Shown: one piece after another, positions 1 through 9,460 of the stretch | Layout: each line of letters starts with the position of its first letter | How positions within the stretch are numbered: position 1 is the stretch's first letter | Virus record (IMG/VR): IMGVR_UViG_3300042197_004075 | Coordinates: 1-64,000 of that record | Strand: one strand, 5' to 3' | Source of the DNA: a virus | Length of the DNA: 64,000 nucleotides | The notes under the pieces: generated by a model | Databases searched by the model: none | What the model was told of the DNA's origin: nothing | What the model saw: the letters and a program-made list of their open reading frames with translations, nothing else | Position numbers and translations under genes: made by a program

Positions 1-415
1 CAAGTGGTTCATCTCCACCTTGCTTATTAGTAGTAGATTGTTTTCTTAAATTTTGTATTTCAGGAATATAGAACTCATCTTTCATTACTGAATATCTTGC
101 TGAAGTTTCGTTCACGCTGCTAGTTCTATGCCTAAACATTTGTCTGGCCACAAACAAGGGCATCTTAATTGCAAACTTAAAATCAATTGCCTCTATTGGA
201 GAAGTGTGACTATGTCTAAGCAAATATCTAATAAGTCCTTTGTCTTCATTTACTGATTTAGTTCCAGCACCATAACTTACTCTTGCCATTTGTGCTATAG
301 CGTAATCACATGTTTGACCATCTGGTACAATTCTTGGCATCACATCAATAAGTTTTACAAATCCTTTATCAAGACAATTTACTTGTTTTTCGGGAACAAG
401 ATCAAGAGCGTCCAT
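1..415 (-). CDS. thyX: Flavin-dependent thymidylate synthase, truncated by window edge
   Basis: Not in the ORF track. Hand translation from ATG at 415 (GGAG upstream): MDALDLVPEKQVNCLDKGFVKLIDVMP...MARVSYG...LIRYLLRHSHTSP...VARQMFRHRTSSVNETSARY, containing the ThyX RHRxxSxxxxSxRY motif. Confidence 0.95.
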   Translation of the reverse strand, partial: MDALDLVPEKQVNCLDKGFVKLIDVMPRIVPDGQTCDYAIAQMARVSYGAGTKSVNEDKGLIRYLLRHSHTSPIEAIDFKFAIKMPLFVARQMFRHRTSSVNETSARYSVMKDEFYIPEIQNLRKQSTTNKQGGDEPL

Positions 416-436
416 AACATTCTCCTAGCTATGTTT

Positions 437-465
437 AATTTAGCTACTCAAAAGAGTTATGGCAA
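437..465 (-). promoter_or_regulatory. sigma70-like promoter for thyX
   Basis: TTGCCA-17 nt-TAAATT about 20 nt upstream of the ATG. Confidence 0.5.
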
Positions 466-496
466 AAAAAAGGAGAGGTTTTCGGTAAACCTCTCC
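464..496 (-). terminator. Intrinsic terminator
   Basis: 10-bp stem GGAGAGGTTT/AAACCTCTCC followed by T8 on the minus strand. Confidence 0.8.
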
Positions 497-616
497 AGAA
501 ACCCCGGTGCGAACACCGCCCTAAGAATTATGATATGAATTATATTTTATTATAGTAATTAATTTTCTTATTTATTGTATAGGGGGAAGACCAAAGTCTT
601 CATATTATTTATGCAC

Positions 617-829
617 TTATGATCGTTTTTTTCTTTTATTTTTAGGAATTGTATTGCTTGCCATAAGATCGCTTACTGGCCCTGCCAATCCGTGATCGCC
701 AACAGAATAAAATTGAGGAAATTTTCTTGTGAATAATCCACCAATAGGCAGACTAAATGTTGCAACATCAGCAGTTGATGTTGACACTTCGGATAATTCC
801 AGAAATTCTTTGAAATTCAATTTATTCAT
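617..829 (-). CDS. Hypothetical protein, candidate internal head protein
   Basis: N-terminus MNKLNFKEFLE resembles the T4 capsid-targeting sequence; overlaps the upstream stop. Confidence 0.6.
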   Translation of the reverse strand: MNKLNFKEFLELSEVSTSTADVATFSLPIGGLFTRKFPQFYSVGDHGLAGPVSDLMASNTIPKNKRKKRS

Positions 830-1221
830 GTGGCTTTTTCCTTTTCAGGAATGGTATCCCAACCAGTTAGTCCTTGAGCCACAAGTCGAAAGTAGGTGTC
901 TGCGTCAACTGTTCCTAGAACATGCATTTTTTCAACCTTGCGACCATCTTTATAAAGCATATTACCTTCATCATTCTTGAGGAATATTCGATACTTGTTA
1001 CCGCATGGCTCTACAGAAAATTGTCCAAGTCCAATTTGTGAACTTGTTTTAGGATCTAGCTTTGCAATAAGTTGTGCAAAAATTGGAACACTTTTTGTAA
1101 TTGCATCATTTACAACATTTGTTGGAATATTCAGTACAGATGTATATGCTTGTTTTATTGTGGCCAGTTTAGCTTTGGGATCAGCTTCTTGTTCAGCCAA
1201 AAATTGACGGAATGTTGTCAT
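826..1221 (-). CDS. Hypothetical protein, candidate internal head protein
   Basis: Start moved to MTTFRQFLAEQE; TATATA 6 nt upstream. Confidence 0.65.
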   Translation of the reverse strand: MTTFRQFLAEQEADPKAKLATIKQAYTSVLNIPTNVVNDAITKSVPIFAQLIAKLDPKTSSQIGLGQFSVEPCGNKYRIFLKNDEGNMLYKDGRKVEKMHVLGTVDADTYFRLVAQGLTGWDTIPEKEKAT

Positions 1222-1251
1222 ATAGAATATATACAATAGAAAGACTAAAAT

Positions 1252-1611
1252 ATGAATAAATTTAGAGAGGTTATCTTTCATAAACAAAAAATTTTGTTAC
1301 AGGAAAAATTATGTTCTGTCTTGAATAAACACGCAGACAAAAAAGGTTTTATTATGTATTTTACACTTGGAGACAAGTGTTTTGCAACTACAGAAGATGG
1401 TAGAATTAGTTTCAAAAACCTTAAAAAACCAGTTAAAGGAACAGTCATTGAGGATGATTTTGAAGCAATAAATCTTGACAAATTAGTTAACGGGCAAAAC
1501 AATACTCAAATAATAGAAAAATCTGCGATTCCAAAAATTTCTGTTGTTGATTTTGATGAAATTTGTAAAATATTAAGTGACAAATATAAATTATTTACAT
1601 TACCAAAATGA
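1252..1611 (+). CDS. Hypothetical protein
   Basis: ORF coupled to the next gene by an ATGA overlap. Confidence 0.65.
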   Translation: MNKFREVIFHKQKILLQEKLCSVLNKHADKKGFIMYFTLGDKCFATTEDGRISFKNLKKPVKGTVIEDDFEAINLDKLVNGQNNTQIIEKSAIPKISVVDFDEICKILSDKYKLFTLPK

Positions 1612-2210
1612 AAAAAAGATTAAGAGAATATTTGTGTTTTGTTTGTTCAGAAGAATTTGAAGACTATGATTCTATGAAATCACATATTTTTTCAAATCAT
1701 CGTGAAGGTGATGACTTTGTCGTTTGTACAAAATGCTTTTGTCCTTTAAGAGATTTAATCAATCATTACAAGACAAAACATATTGGTTGTCAAATACCAC
1801 CAAATTCGCAGATCAGACCAATTATTCTAAGAGATTGCTACAAAAATAAAAAAACAAAATTTAAACAAGGAAATTATATTTCTCAAAAAACAAACAGAAA
1901 TGTAAATTTCAGAAGTGGTCTAGAACTAAAATTCTATGAACAATTAGAAAAAAATCCAAAAGTTAGAGACTACAGGGTTGAAAATATTAATATTGAATAT
2001 TTTTTTGAAGGTACAAAACATACTTACACACCTGATGTTTTAGTTGAGTACACAGATGGTAAAATTGAAATGTGGGAAATTAAACCAAAGTCTCAAACTA
2101 AATGGCCAAAAAACTTAGCCAAGTGGCAAGCTGCCAATATATTTTGCAAAAATAGAAATTGGGAATTTATTGTGGTAACAGAAAATGCGCTCAAGAAGAA
2201 AAAACCTTAG
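1608..2210 (+). CDS. T4 gp4-like head completion / TnsA-N PD-(D/E)XK nuclease with N-terminal C2H2 zinc fingers
   Basis: RSGLELKF...YTPD...EIKPKSQT...NLAKWQAA..FC...W.F.VVTE; two N-terminal CxxC...H...H motifs. Confidence 0.8.
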   Translation: MKKRLREYLCFVCSEEFEDYDSMKSHIFSNHREGDDFVVCTKCFCPLRDLINHYKTKHIGCQIPPNSQIRPIILRDCYKNKKTKFKQGNYISQKTNRNVNFRSGLELKFYEQLEKNPKVRDYRVENINIEYFFEGTKHTYTPDVLVEYTDGKIEMWEIKPKSQTKWPKNLAKWQAANIFCKNRNWEFIVVTENALKKKKP

Positions 2211-2470
2211 TTAATCATCCCATCTGTTATTTCAATGTGCAGCTTGTTTTTAGTTATAGAATACTTAATCATATGCCAACTTGAATCATCTATTGGGCAC
2301 TTTCTTTGTTTGTTAAATTCCTCTAGTGCTGTATTTTTATAATGCTGAATGACTTCTAATGCTCTTTTCAATTTTTTAATATCAAAGTCTGATAAAGAGA
2401 CAGTAATATGCAAATTATTTACATGTTTGCCAAGTGTGTTTTCTTTTGTAACAACTTTGTTTTTATTCAT
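2207..2470 (-). CDS. Hypothetical protein
   Basis: ORF coupled to the dNMP kinase stop. Confidence 0.6.
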   Translation of the reverse strand: MNKNKVVTKENTLGKHVNNLHITVSLSDFDIKKLKRALEVIQHYKNTALEEFNKQRKCPIDDSSWHMIKYSITKNKLHIEITDGMIN

Positions 2471-3087
2471 GTTAAATTATCAACCTTTGATTTAATGAAT
2501 GGGAACAATTGGTTTGTAACTCTGTCTTCAAGTTTCTTTAAATCGCCATCATTAATTAGAAAATAATCAAACATTGGATATAATTCATCGTAAACTATAG
2601 GTCCGTCATATCCCATGTCGGCAAAGTGACATGCAATTTGACCCATAATTTTCTCGCTATCGTTTTGATCATTGTTAATCATATCAGGTCTTATTAAACA
2701 AATATTTAGACCTTGTCTTCGTTTGATATTAATTGCCTCGTTGCAATACCTTACATCTGAAATAACAAGATCATTGACAGGATCTTTGAGGACAAACTCA
2801 ATCCAAACATCTGATTTTATTTGTCTAAATCCGTCACCGATCATCTGCAAACCTTTTCTTACTGACACCAAAAAACTTTGAGGTGCTTGCTCTTTTCTTT
2901 TCCAGTCTTCAATAAAATCCAAATCTACCTTGAAGGCTTGAGCAAATATTTTTTTAACATTTCCGGCAAACGAGTCTCTTACAAATGAGAAATTACCCAT
3001 ATTATTCAATAATGGTAACAAAAATCCCGCTACTGTATCTTTTCCAGATGCGGCTTGACCGGCCAAGCCGATAATTACCTTTGACAT
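2467..3087 (-). CDS. Deoxynucleoside monophosphate kinase (T4 gp1-like)
   Basis: IIGLAGQAASGKDT P-loop, SFA..VK, R.GLQ..G..FR, VISDVRY.NE, ND G.L motifs; AGGAG RBS. Confidence 0.88.
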   Translation of the reverse strand: MSKVIIGLAGQAASGKDTVAGFLLPLLNNMGNFSFVRDSFAGNVKKIFAQAFKVDLDFIEDWKRKEQAPQSFLVSVRKGLQMIGDGFRQIKSDVWIEFVLKDPVNDLVISDVRYCNEAINIKRRQGLNICLIRPDMINNDQNDSEKIMGQIACHFADMGYDGPIVYDELYPMFDYFLINDGDLKKLEDRVTNQLFPFIKSKVDNLT

Positions 3088-3126
3088 AATTTCTCCTTCA
3101 CTTTATTATCTTATAGAGGTTTACTA

Positions 3127-3393
3127 ATGTCGCAAGAAAAAAAATGCAAATCGTGTTTGTGTTACGACAGGGGGTCAGGATTTTGTCAAGTCAATATTCT
3201 CATAAATGATAAGAAATTAAAATTACCTGTATTTCAAGACGATTCTTGCCACTATATTGCGCTTGGAGTAAGCGTTGAACAAATTCGGTTATGGGAAGAA
3301 GAAAAACAAAATGGTGAAAAAGTAGTCAAGATTGAATATCCTGTTGGGTTTTTTGGGTCTGATGACAAGAGTCCAGCAAAAAATCTTCCTTAA
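3127..3393 (+). CDS. Small Cys-rich hypothetical protein
   Basis: CKSC..Y.....C...C; GAGG RBS. Confidence 0.65.
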   Translation: MSQEKKCKSCLCYDRGSGFCQVNILINDKKLKLPVFQDDSCHYIALGVSVEQIRLWEEEKQNGEKVVKIEYPVGFFGSDDKSPAKNLP

Positions 3394-5326
3394 GATTTAA
3401 AACTTTACTCGCTTTTTTAATATTGTTTATTATATCACTTTTTGTTCTAAAGCCATTAGAGTATAATAATTCTGCTCTAATCTTTCCAATATTTTTGATT
3501 TCAACAAGTCCTAAAAGCTCTGGTCTTACACCATAAATTATGCGCTTTGACAATGTGTAAAAAAACTCTTCTTTATTCCATCCAAGTATTTTGGACATCA
3601 TGGCTAGACAGGATGTTATCCTGCCACAATCTTTTTGTAATGGTTCTTTTAAATATAGAAGCGGGCCTATATTTGTACCATTCATCATAGACCAATACGC
3701 AAAACCATACTTTATTGCAGAAGATTCATAATACTTGTCTTTTAACAATTCTTGTATTCTTGTTGCATAATTGAGACAAAAACTTGATTCTTCTCCTGAA
3801 ATATAAGTAGTATTACATGATGGTATATTTGCTAAAGCATAAGAAACTAAACTATCTTTCCAAACATTTGTCTTAACAAGATTGTAAAAATTAATCTGAT
3901 AACTAAACAAGTCGTATGGATCAATAAAATAATTACAAGATAATGCTCCTATTTTAGTAACTTTATAATTACTATCAACTATTTCTAAAAATTTAAATAA
4001 TATAAGTCTATTGATTGTTTTTTGCAAATAATCTAAATTTAGTTTCCTATACTGGAACGCAAATGTATCTTTAACAAAATCAATAATTTGTTGTATGTCT
4101 TTGCAATGACTGTTGTATATTAATCCAAGCAAATAAAATGAAAAGTTATAGTACTCTTCTTTTTTGTCAAATGCTAATATTGATGATCTGATAGGGTCAA
4201 TTTTTTTCAATTCACTTACAAAAAACTTTTTGTTTTCTGGAATATAGATGTATACATCGCCCTCGCTATCGATCCCTTTTCGTCCAGCCCTACCCATCAT
4301 TTGCGTTATTTCGGCTTTATCTACGAATGCAGTTCCTCTGGTCACCCCGAAGACTACGACTCTTCTAGCTGGTAAATTAACGCCAGCTGCAAGGGTGCTA
4401 GTGGCTATCAAAACTCTAATTTTGCCCAATTTGAATTCTTCTTCAATTTTTGTTCTGTCATTTGTTTTGAGATCTGCACAATGGAAATCACATGCATGAC
4501 CAGCATTTTGTAAAATCTTTTTTAATTTTTTGCCTGTAACTTTGCTATGCACAAAAATTAAAAACTTTTCAGGATGTCTTGATAGCAAGCCTTTAACTGA
4601 ACTAACCAAATCTGTTGAGATACCATCATCGTAATACGAGTCATCATATTTCCTATAATGTATTGTTAGTGGTACAGGTCTAAATTGACTTTTCAGATAA
4701 ACAGTCGATTTTTTTGTAAGTTTACACAACCACGCTGAAACCTCATCGCCATTTGATAATGTACCGCTTAATAAAATAATTTTGCAAAATGATATTTTTG
4801 ACAACATGATTAAACAAAATTCAAGAGTGTGACCTCTTGATTCGTTTCCAAGTAAATGAGCTTCATCAACGATTATTGAATCAACATTCTTAAATATTTC
4901 AGGTTTTGTCATTAACTTGTGACACAAACCCTCTATTGTAAAAATTCCAATATCAAAAATATCTTGGCTTTTTGAACCTTCTGTAAAATATGCAATTGAT
5001 TTTTTGGAATATGAATGGTTTTGATTATGCCACTCGCTAAACTTTTCATGGGCTAAAGCTTTCAACGGACAAACATATATTGACTTCATGCTTTGTTTAA
5101 GAACCGAATGTGATATGAAAAATTCTGCTATAACAGTTTTGCCTGCACTTGTGGATGCTGAAATTACACAATTATTATCTTCGTCGATGTATGGAATTAT
5201 CGCAGCTTGTACAGGATTAAATTCTTCAAATTTATCATAATTAACTAAATTGTATGTGTTTGTCTTGACTGGTTTTGCATCTTCTATTTCAATAATTTTC
5301 ATAATCTTATTATAATCTTTTTTCAT
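3326..5326 (-). CDS. Ski2/Hel308-like SF2 helicase
   Basis: Q motif FNPVQ, ASTSAGKT, PLKALA.EK, VDEAH, LSGT, RPVPL, ATSTLAAGVNLPA, QMMGRAGR, C-terminal HhH IKNIGKIRAELL. Confidence 0.9.
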   Translation of the reverse strand: MKKDYNKIMKIIEIEDAKPVKTNTYNLVNYDKFEEFNPVQAAIIPYIDEDNNCVISASTSAGKTVIAEFFISHSVLKQSMKSIYVCPLKALAHEKFSEWHNQNHSYSKKSIAYFTEGSKSQDIFDIGIFTIEGLCHKLMTKPEIFKNVDSIIVDEAHLLGNESRGHTLEFCLIMLSKISFCKIILLSGTLSNGDEVSAWLCKLTKKSTVYLKSQFRPVPLTIHYRKYDDSYYDDGISTDLVSSVKGLLSRHPEKFLIFVHSKVTGKKLKKILQNAGHACDFHCADLKTNDRTKIEEEFKLGKIRVLIATSTLAAGVNLPARRVVVFGVTRGTAFVDKAEITQMMGRAGRKGIDSEGDVYIYIPENKKFFVSELKKIDPIRSSILAFDKKEEYYNFSFYLLGLIYNSHCKDIQQIIDFVKDTFAFQYRKLNLDYLQKTINRLILFKFLEIVDSNYKVTKIGALSCNYFIDPYDLFSYQINFYNLVKTNVWKDSLVSYALANIPSCNTTYISGEESSFCLNYATRIQELLKDKYYESSAIKYGFAYWSMMNGTNIGPLLYLKEPLQKDCGRITSCLAMMSKILGWNKEEFFYTLSKRIIYGVRPELLGLVEIKNIGKIRAELLYSNGFRTKSDIINNIKKASKVLNLKEDFLLDSCHQTQKTQQDIQS

Positions 5327-5375
5327 TAAAAATCAAAAATTTGCACAATTATTTTTTTATAATTTGCGGCAAAAT

Positions 5376-5398
5376 AAAAAGGGGGAGTAAACTCCCCC
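5376..5398 (-). terminator. Intrinsic terminator
   Basis: GGGGGAGT/ACTCCCCC stem followed by a T-run on the minus strand. Confidence 0.65.
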
Positions 5399-5439
5399 CC
5401 CCCTTATGAGTGTCAGTCCGAATCACCCCCTTTTAGATC

Positions 5440-5715
5440 TTACGACACTCCGTATTCATCAAGATTCCTTTTTGCAAATTCATTAATTAGTGCTTGAGTT
5501 AAACACTCAATTCTATAATGAAATGTGCTGCTGTCTTCCACACAATCAAGAACCTTGTGAATAGGTTCAAGAACTTTTTCGTTGAAAATAACATTGAGTG
5601 CATGAACCAGATCATCCTGATATCTATACTTGAATCTTGAATACAAGAAATCAAGAAGCTTGTTGTTTACGCTTGAAAGCAAAACTTGCATGTTGTATGA
5701 ATCACTTTTTTTCAT
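5440..5715 (-). CDS. Hypothetical protein
   Basis: ORF, probable start MKKSDS. Confidence 0.6.
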   Translation of the reverse strand: MKKSDSYNMQVLLSSVNNKLLDFLYSRFKYRYQDDLVHALNVIFNEKVLEPIHKVLDCVEDSSTFHYRIECLTQALINEFAKRNLDEYGVS

Positions 5716-5778
5716 CTCAATTCTCGTTGACAGAAAAAATGTATAACCACGACACATTACTAATAAAGTAATTAAAAA

Positions 5779-6099
5779 CTAAGCTACATTGATTGTTTTT
5801 ACATTTTCCCCGTTTGCATCAACAAATTTGTCATCCATGACAATCAATTTTTCATCGGCTGAAAATCTCAATCCCAAATTATATTTGTCAATAACAGTAG
5901 CTCTTAAATCATTTTGAACAATTACATAACAATAAGATTCGCCCTTTTTCATATTTCCGTTATCATCTTCTTCCAAAATTCCTATTTCAAGCACATTATT
6001 ATCAGGTAAAATAACTTGTAATGTACCATATTTTTCAAGATGTTTAATAATTGATGATTGTATTCTTTTATTGTGAACTTTGTTTAATGGTGTATTCAT
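5779..6099 (-). CDS. Hypothetical protein
   Basis: ORF within the co-oriented recA-downstream block. Confidence 0.7.
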   Translation of the reverse strand: MNTPLNKVHNKRIQSSIIKHLEKYGTLQVILPDNNVLEIGILEEDDNGNMKKGESYCYVIVQNDLRATVIDKYNLGLRFSADEKLIVMDDKFVDANGENVKTINVA

Positions 6100-6149
6100 G
6101 TATTTTCACAGAAATAATCCTGTGGCCTCTTCAGAAGAAAAATAGTAAC

Positions 6150-6611
6150 CTAGTATAAAAATTCATTTTTTACAAAATAATATGTTAAATTTCCATATTG
6201 TTTTTCAACCATAAATTTTTCAATAGGTTTCATAGGCTCTCCATCTAATGTAGTCATCTTTGTCCAACAATACAAAAATTTACCAGAATTATTAATGTGG
6301 AAAAGACAAAGGTTGTTGTGTTTAATGAAAACTTTTGCAACTTTAACAGATATGCTAAAAGGTAAAAAATTAAAATCTTCTGACCAAACTTGTAAAGAAC
6401 ATATGCGAGAATCTTCAGCTACTGTTTTTGTGAAATAAGTAACCACATCATAACCATCAACAGGAAAACGCCATACTTTAAATGGACTAAGTGCCTGTTC
6501 AACACTTGAATCAAATTTTGGAAATGAATATGGCTCTAAAACAGTACTAACTAAATCGGACATCTTCGCTGCATCAACAACATTGCTGGATTTGTTACTA
6601 CTGTAGTCCAT
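6150..6611 (-). CDS. Hypothetical protein
   Basis: ORF, probable start MDYSS overlapping the upstream stop. Confidence 0.65.
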   Translation of the reverse strand: MDYSSNKSSNVVDAAKMSDLVSTVLEPYSFPKFDSSVEQALSPFKVWRFPVDGYDVVTYFTKTVAEDSRICSLQVWSEDFNFLPFSISVKVAKVFIKHNNLCLFHINNSGKFLYCWTKMTTLDGEPMKPIEKFMVEKQYGNLTYYFVKNEFLY

Positions 6612-7074
6612 TTGTTTTTTCCAGCTTGTAACGACCATTCTTAATCTTATTTACAATCCAGCCACTTGAAACTAGCTCTTGTCTGACAATTTTAAAGTGA
6701 TTGTTCAACGCTGCCAACGAATAATTTAACGACTCAAACATCTTACAAATTTCTTTGAAGGTAATTTCTTTGTTTTTAAGAAAATGATCTTTAATTTTTC
6801 TACGAATGTAATTAGAAGAATTTCCATTTTCGGTTATCGAATCACTAATTTCCGTAGCAGATTTTGAAAAAAACTCTACCGAAGGATTATAATTGCTATC
6901 ACAAATTATTTGTGCAATTTGAGAAATGTCAAGAATTTTATTTTCATCCTCAACATTTACATAGTTTGTAGTTAGACGAAAACAATCGATGAATTCTACA
7001 AGTTGGGGATGGTTAGTCTGACTTGTAATCATCTGTTTTCCATTTGGACTTGTTAATAAAAGACAGGCTTTCAT
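6598..7074 (-). CDS. Hypothetical protein, possible C-terminal winged helix
   Basis: GAGG RBS directly after the recA stop; C-terminal helix-helix-hairpin pattern (ELVSSGWIVNKIKNGRYKL). Confidence 0.7.
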   Translation of the reverse strand: MKACLLLTSPNGKQMITSQTNHPQLVEFIDCFRLTTNYVNVEDENKILDISQIAQIICDSNYNPSVEFFSKSATEISDSITENGNSSNYIRRKIKDHFLKNKEITFKEICKMFESLNYSLAALNNHFKIVRQELVSSGWIVNKIKNGRYKLEKTNGLQ

Positions 7075-7082
7075 TTTTCACC

Positions 7083-9365
7083 TCATCCCATAAGATCATC
7101 AATTTCATTTTCATCTTCGCCAACATCGCTAATTTCGCCATCACATTCAAAATTAATTGCATCAAGATGGGGATCAAGATAGCTTCTAATGTCAAGCTCT
7201 GAATCTGCATCAAGAAGCAATGGATACTTATAAGCAATATCTAGTGGGATGTCATTCCGTTCCATAGATGATCTGAATGATACTTCTTCATTATTCGTAA
7301 ACTCTGGTTTTATAAGGAACTTACCACCACCTTGAGGAACGATTCGTCCCGCATCAATTAATGCACCCAAAACACCTCCAAGGGGATTTATACCCTTGTC
7401 AAAATAAAGTGGAATATTGTCAACTTCAACAAAGGGACGATAGCTACGATTTTTTTTATTTTGAATTTTAATATTTATTCCAAGAATTTTCTTTTTTGCA
7501 CTTCCAGCAATCTTGGATTCAATCTTCTTCTGTGTTTGTGATCTGATTCTCAAGGACGCATAAAATGGCAAACCCTGACCACCAGCAGCGGTGGTTTCTG
7601 GAGAATTGTGTACAATTGCACCATCCACAACATAAGTATGGTTCCCTTCTACTGTAATATCAAATTTAACAGAAGACCTAGTTGGAGGCTTGGCATAAAT
7701 TTCAAGAACTTCCGATTCTTGAACTCCATAATTAATTTTAAATTCATCCACTTCTTCAATTTCATAATTAAACAAATTTCTAAAATCAGGATGTAATTTG
7801 TAATTCATGCATGGGTGAACAAATGGAGCAATTAATCCATGCAATTTGTATGTGTTTTCAGAATCAAAAACAATTCCTTTGTCAGATATTTTGCAATCCA
7901 ACCCAAATTTTTCTTTCAAAACATTTTTCATTTTATTTTTATTTTGAAATTTCACACTATAAATTATTGATTTTCCTTTACCCCATTTAGCAAAATAACC
8001 AGAAAATGATCCATCATCTAAATACCAAACAGCAAGACCCAAAACATCCAAATTTTTAATGACTTCTTCAGGAATGACGCAATCTCTGCATTGAACTCCA
8101 TTCTTGCGAGGAGAATTGCGAAATTTTAAATTGTTTAATTCGCACATAGGAATTGTGTCAAACCCAACTCTTCTTTTTTCAGAATAAGAATAACCAATCC
8201 AAGGTGAAAGAATAGCTTCTTTCCAACGACAGTATTCAGCTTGTTTGCAACCATGATTAATTCTAAGACTTGTGCAAGAGTGATTTTTTCTTAATGAACC
8301 ATCGCCAAGAATAGAACCATAAACAACTTGTTTTTGTTCTTTTGTTAAATATTGAGGTTGAATTTGAGCTAATTTGTCTCCTACTTTTAATTCACCAGCA
8401 GCCTTTTCAATAATTTCTCCATTTTGATAAACAAACAACATGTGATTTGGAGTGCAACCAAATTGTGTAACTCCATTTCCCCATGGTTTTTTTGCTGTAA
8501 ATTGGATAAAACTTTCTCCTTTTTTCAAGTTACCATTTTTATGCCAAGCAATTACTTTTTTCGGTTCAATTGTATTTGTCTTGGCATTATATGACAAAAC
8601 TTCAACAGGTAATTTTTGATTAACAATTTTACCAATTTTCATAGACGAACCATCTGCCAAAATAACACGACTGTTATGGTGAAAACAACCATACATAACG
8701 CCTATCTTATCTCTTATTTGATTTAAAATAACTACAGTCACATCATTTTGTTCCATTTCCGTATTTAATTTTCGCAATTCTTTTGAACAAATTTTGGCTC
8801 TTTCACCCGGTTGTTCATTTGCGCCCACGATTCGTTTGAAGTCAGCTTTAGAGTATCCTTCGGGAAGTTGTGTTTCACGAAGTTCTCTTGCACTAGGAGA
8901 AACTGAAATAGAGTCATAAACAATAACAACAGGCAGATCAATTTTTTTCTTTTTCCGAATATACTCAATCGCTCTGTAAATTGTTCCAAAACAATCTTCC
9001 AAAGTTACTGGCGTATATCGAATAATTTTATTAATATCACACTTCGTGGCTTGCTGAATAAACTCTCCGTTTATTGCATTTTCTGTATCGAGGATGATTC
9101 CAATTCCACCAAGCTTTTGAACACCGGCAAGTATATTGGTGCCAAGCAAACTTTTACTACTTGCACTTGGCCCATAAATTTCAGTTAGTCTACCACCGGG
9201 AATGCCACCTTTGGTAAACTTACCACTAGCGCAATAATTAATGGCCAAATTGCCTGTGTCTACATAATACTTTGCTACATCAAGATTTGCGACAACTTGG
9301 GCACCTGTATCTTGTGCCATTTGAGTGAAAATATCATCTGCGCCGTCTTTTTTCTTAGCAGCCAT
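7083..9365 (-). CDS. recA: RecA/UvsX recombinase interrupted by an intein
   Basis: GGIPGGRLTEIYGPSASSKS, LDTENA, YDS, ILNQIRDKIGVMYG|SPETTAAGG..L.FYASLRI, KKNR. Confidence 0.95.
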   Translation of the reverse strand: MAAKKKDGADDIFTQMAQDTGAQVVANLDVAKYYVDTGNLAINYCASGKFTKGGIPGGRLTEIYGPSASSKSLLGTNILAGVQKLGGIGIILDTENAINGEFIQQATKCDINKIIRYTPVTLEDCFGTIYRAIEYIRKKKKIDLPVVIVYDSISVSPSARELRETQLPEGYSKADFKRIVGANEQPGERAKICSKELRKLNTEMEQNDVTVVILNQIRDKIGVMYGCFHHNSRVILADGSSMKIGKIVNQKLPVEVLSYNAKTNTIEPKKVIAWHKNGNLKKGESFIQFTAKKPWGNGVTQFGCTPNHMLFVYQNGEIIEKAAGELKVGDKLAQIQPQYLTKEQKQVVYGSILGDGSLRKNHSCTSLRINHGCKQAEYCRWKEAILSPWIGYSYSEKRRVGFDTIPMCELNNLKFRNSPRKNGVQCRDCVIPEEVIKNLDVLGLAVWYLDDGSFSGYFAKWGKGKSIIYSVKFQNKNKMKNVLKEKFGLDCKISDKGIVFDSENTYKLHGLIAPFVHPCMNYKLHPDFRNLFNYEIEEVDEFKINYGVQESEVLEIYAKPPTRSSVKFDITVEGNHTYVVDGAIVHNSPETTAAGGQGLPFYASLRIRSQTQKKIESKIAGSAKKKILGINIKIQNKKNRSYRPFVEVDNIPLYFDKGINPLGGVLGALIDAGRIVPQGGGKFLIKPEFTNNEEVSFRSSMERNDIPLDIAYKYPLLLDADSELDIRSYLDPHLDAINFECDGEISDVGEDENEIDDLMG
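7605..8687 (-). mobile_element. 361-aa intein with LAGLIDADG homing endonuclease in recA
   Basis: Starts CFHHNSRV.LADG; block B CTPNH; YGSILGDGS and LAVWYLDDGS; ends VHN followed by Ser. Confidence 0.95.
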
Positions 9366-9422
9366 GTTGACCTCATCTTCCTGAATATCGTCAATATGAT
9401 GTAGTGAGAAAAATAAAATAGC

Positions 9423-9460
9423 AAAAAAAAATGCGTATCAAATAGTTTACTTGATACGCA
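9423..9460 (-). terminator. Intrinsic terminator
   Basis: 10-bp stem TGCGTATCAA/TTGATACGCA with T9 on the minus strand. Confidence 0.7.

Noticed and set aside
290-538. Plus-strand 82-aa ORF
   Set aside because: Antisense to thyX and its leader; TTG start with no RBS
1608-2210. Tn7-like transposon (TnsA similarity)
   Set aside because: No TnsB/TnsC genes or transposon ends; context fits a gp4-like phage nuclease
5400-5435. GC-rich stretch as a tRNA or sRNA
   Set aside because: Too short for a cloverleaf and no convincing stem beyond the adjacent terminator
9150-9175. Non-canonical RecA Walker A (GPSASSKS) as a sign of inactivity
   Set aside because: Lys-Ser is retained, and T4 UvsX also deviates at this position
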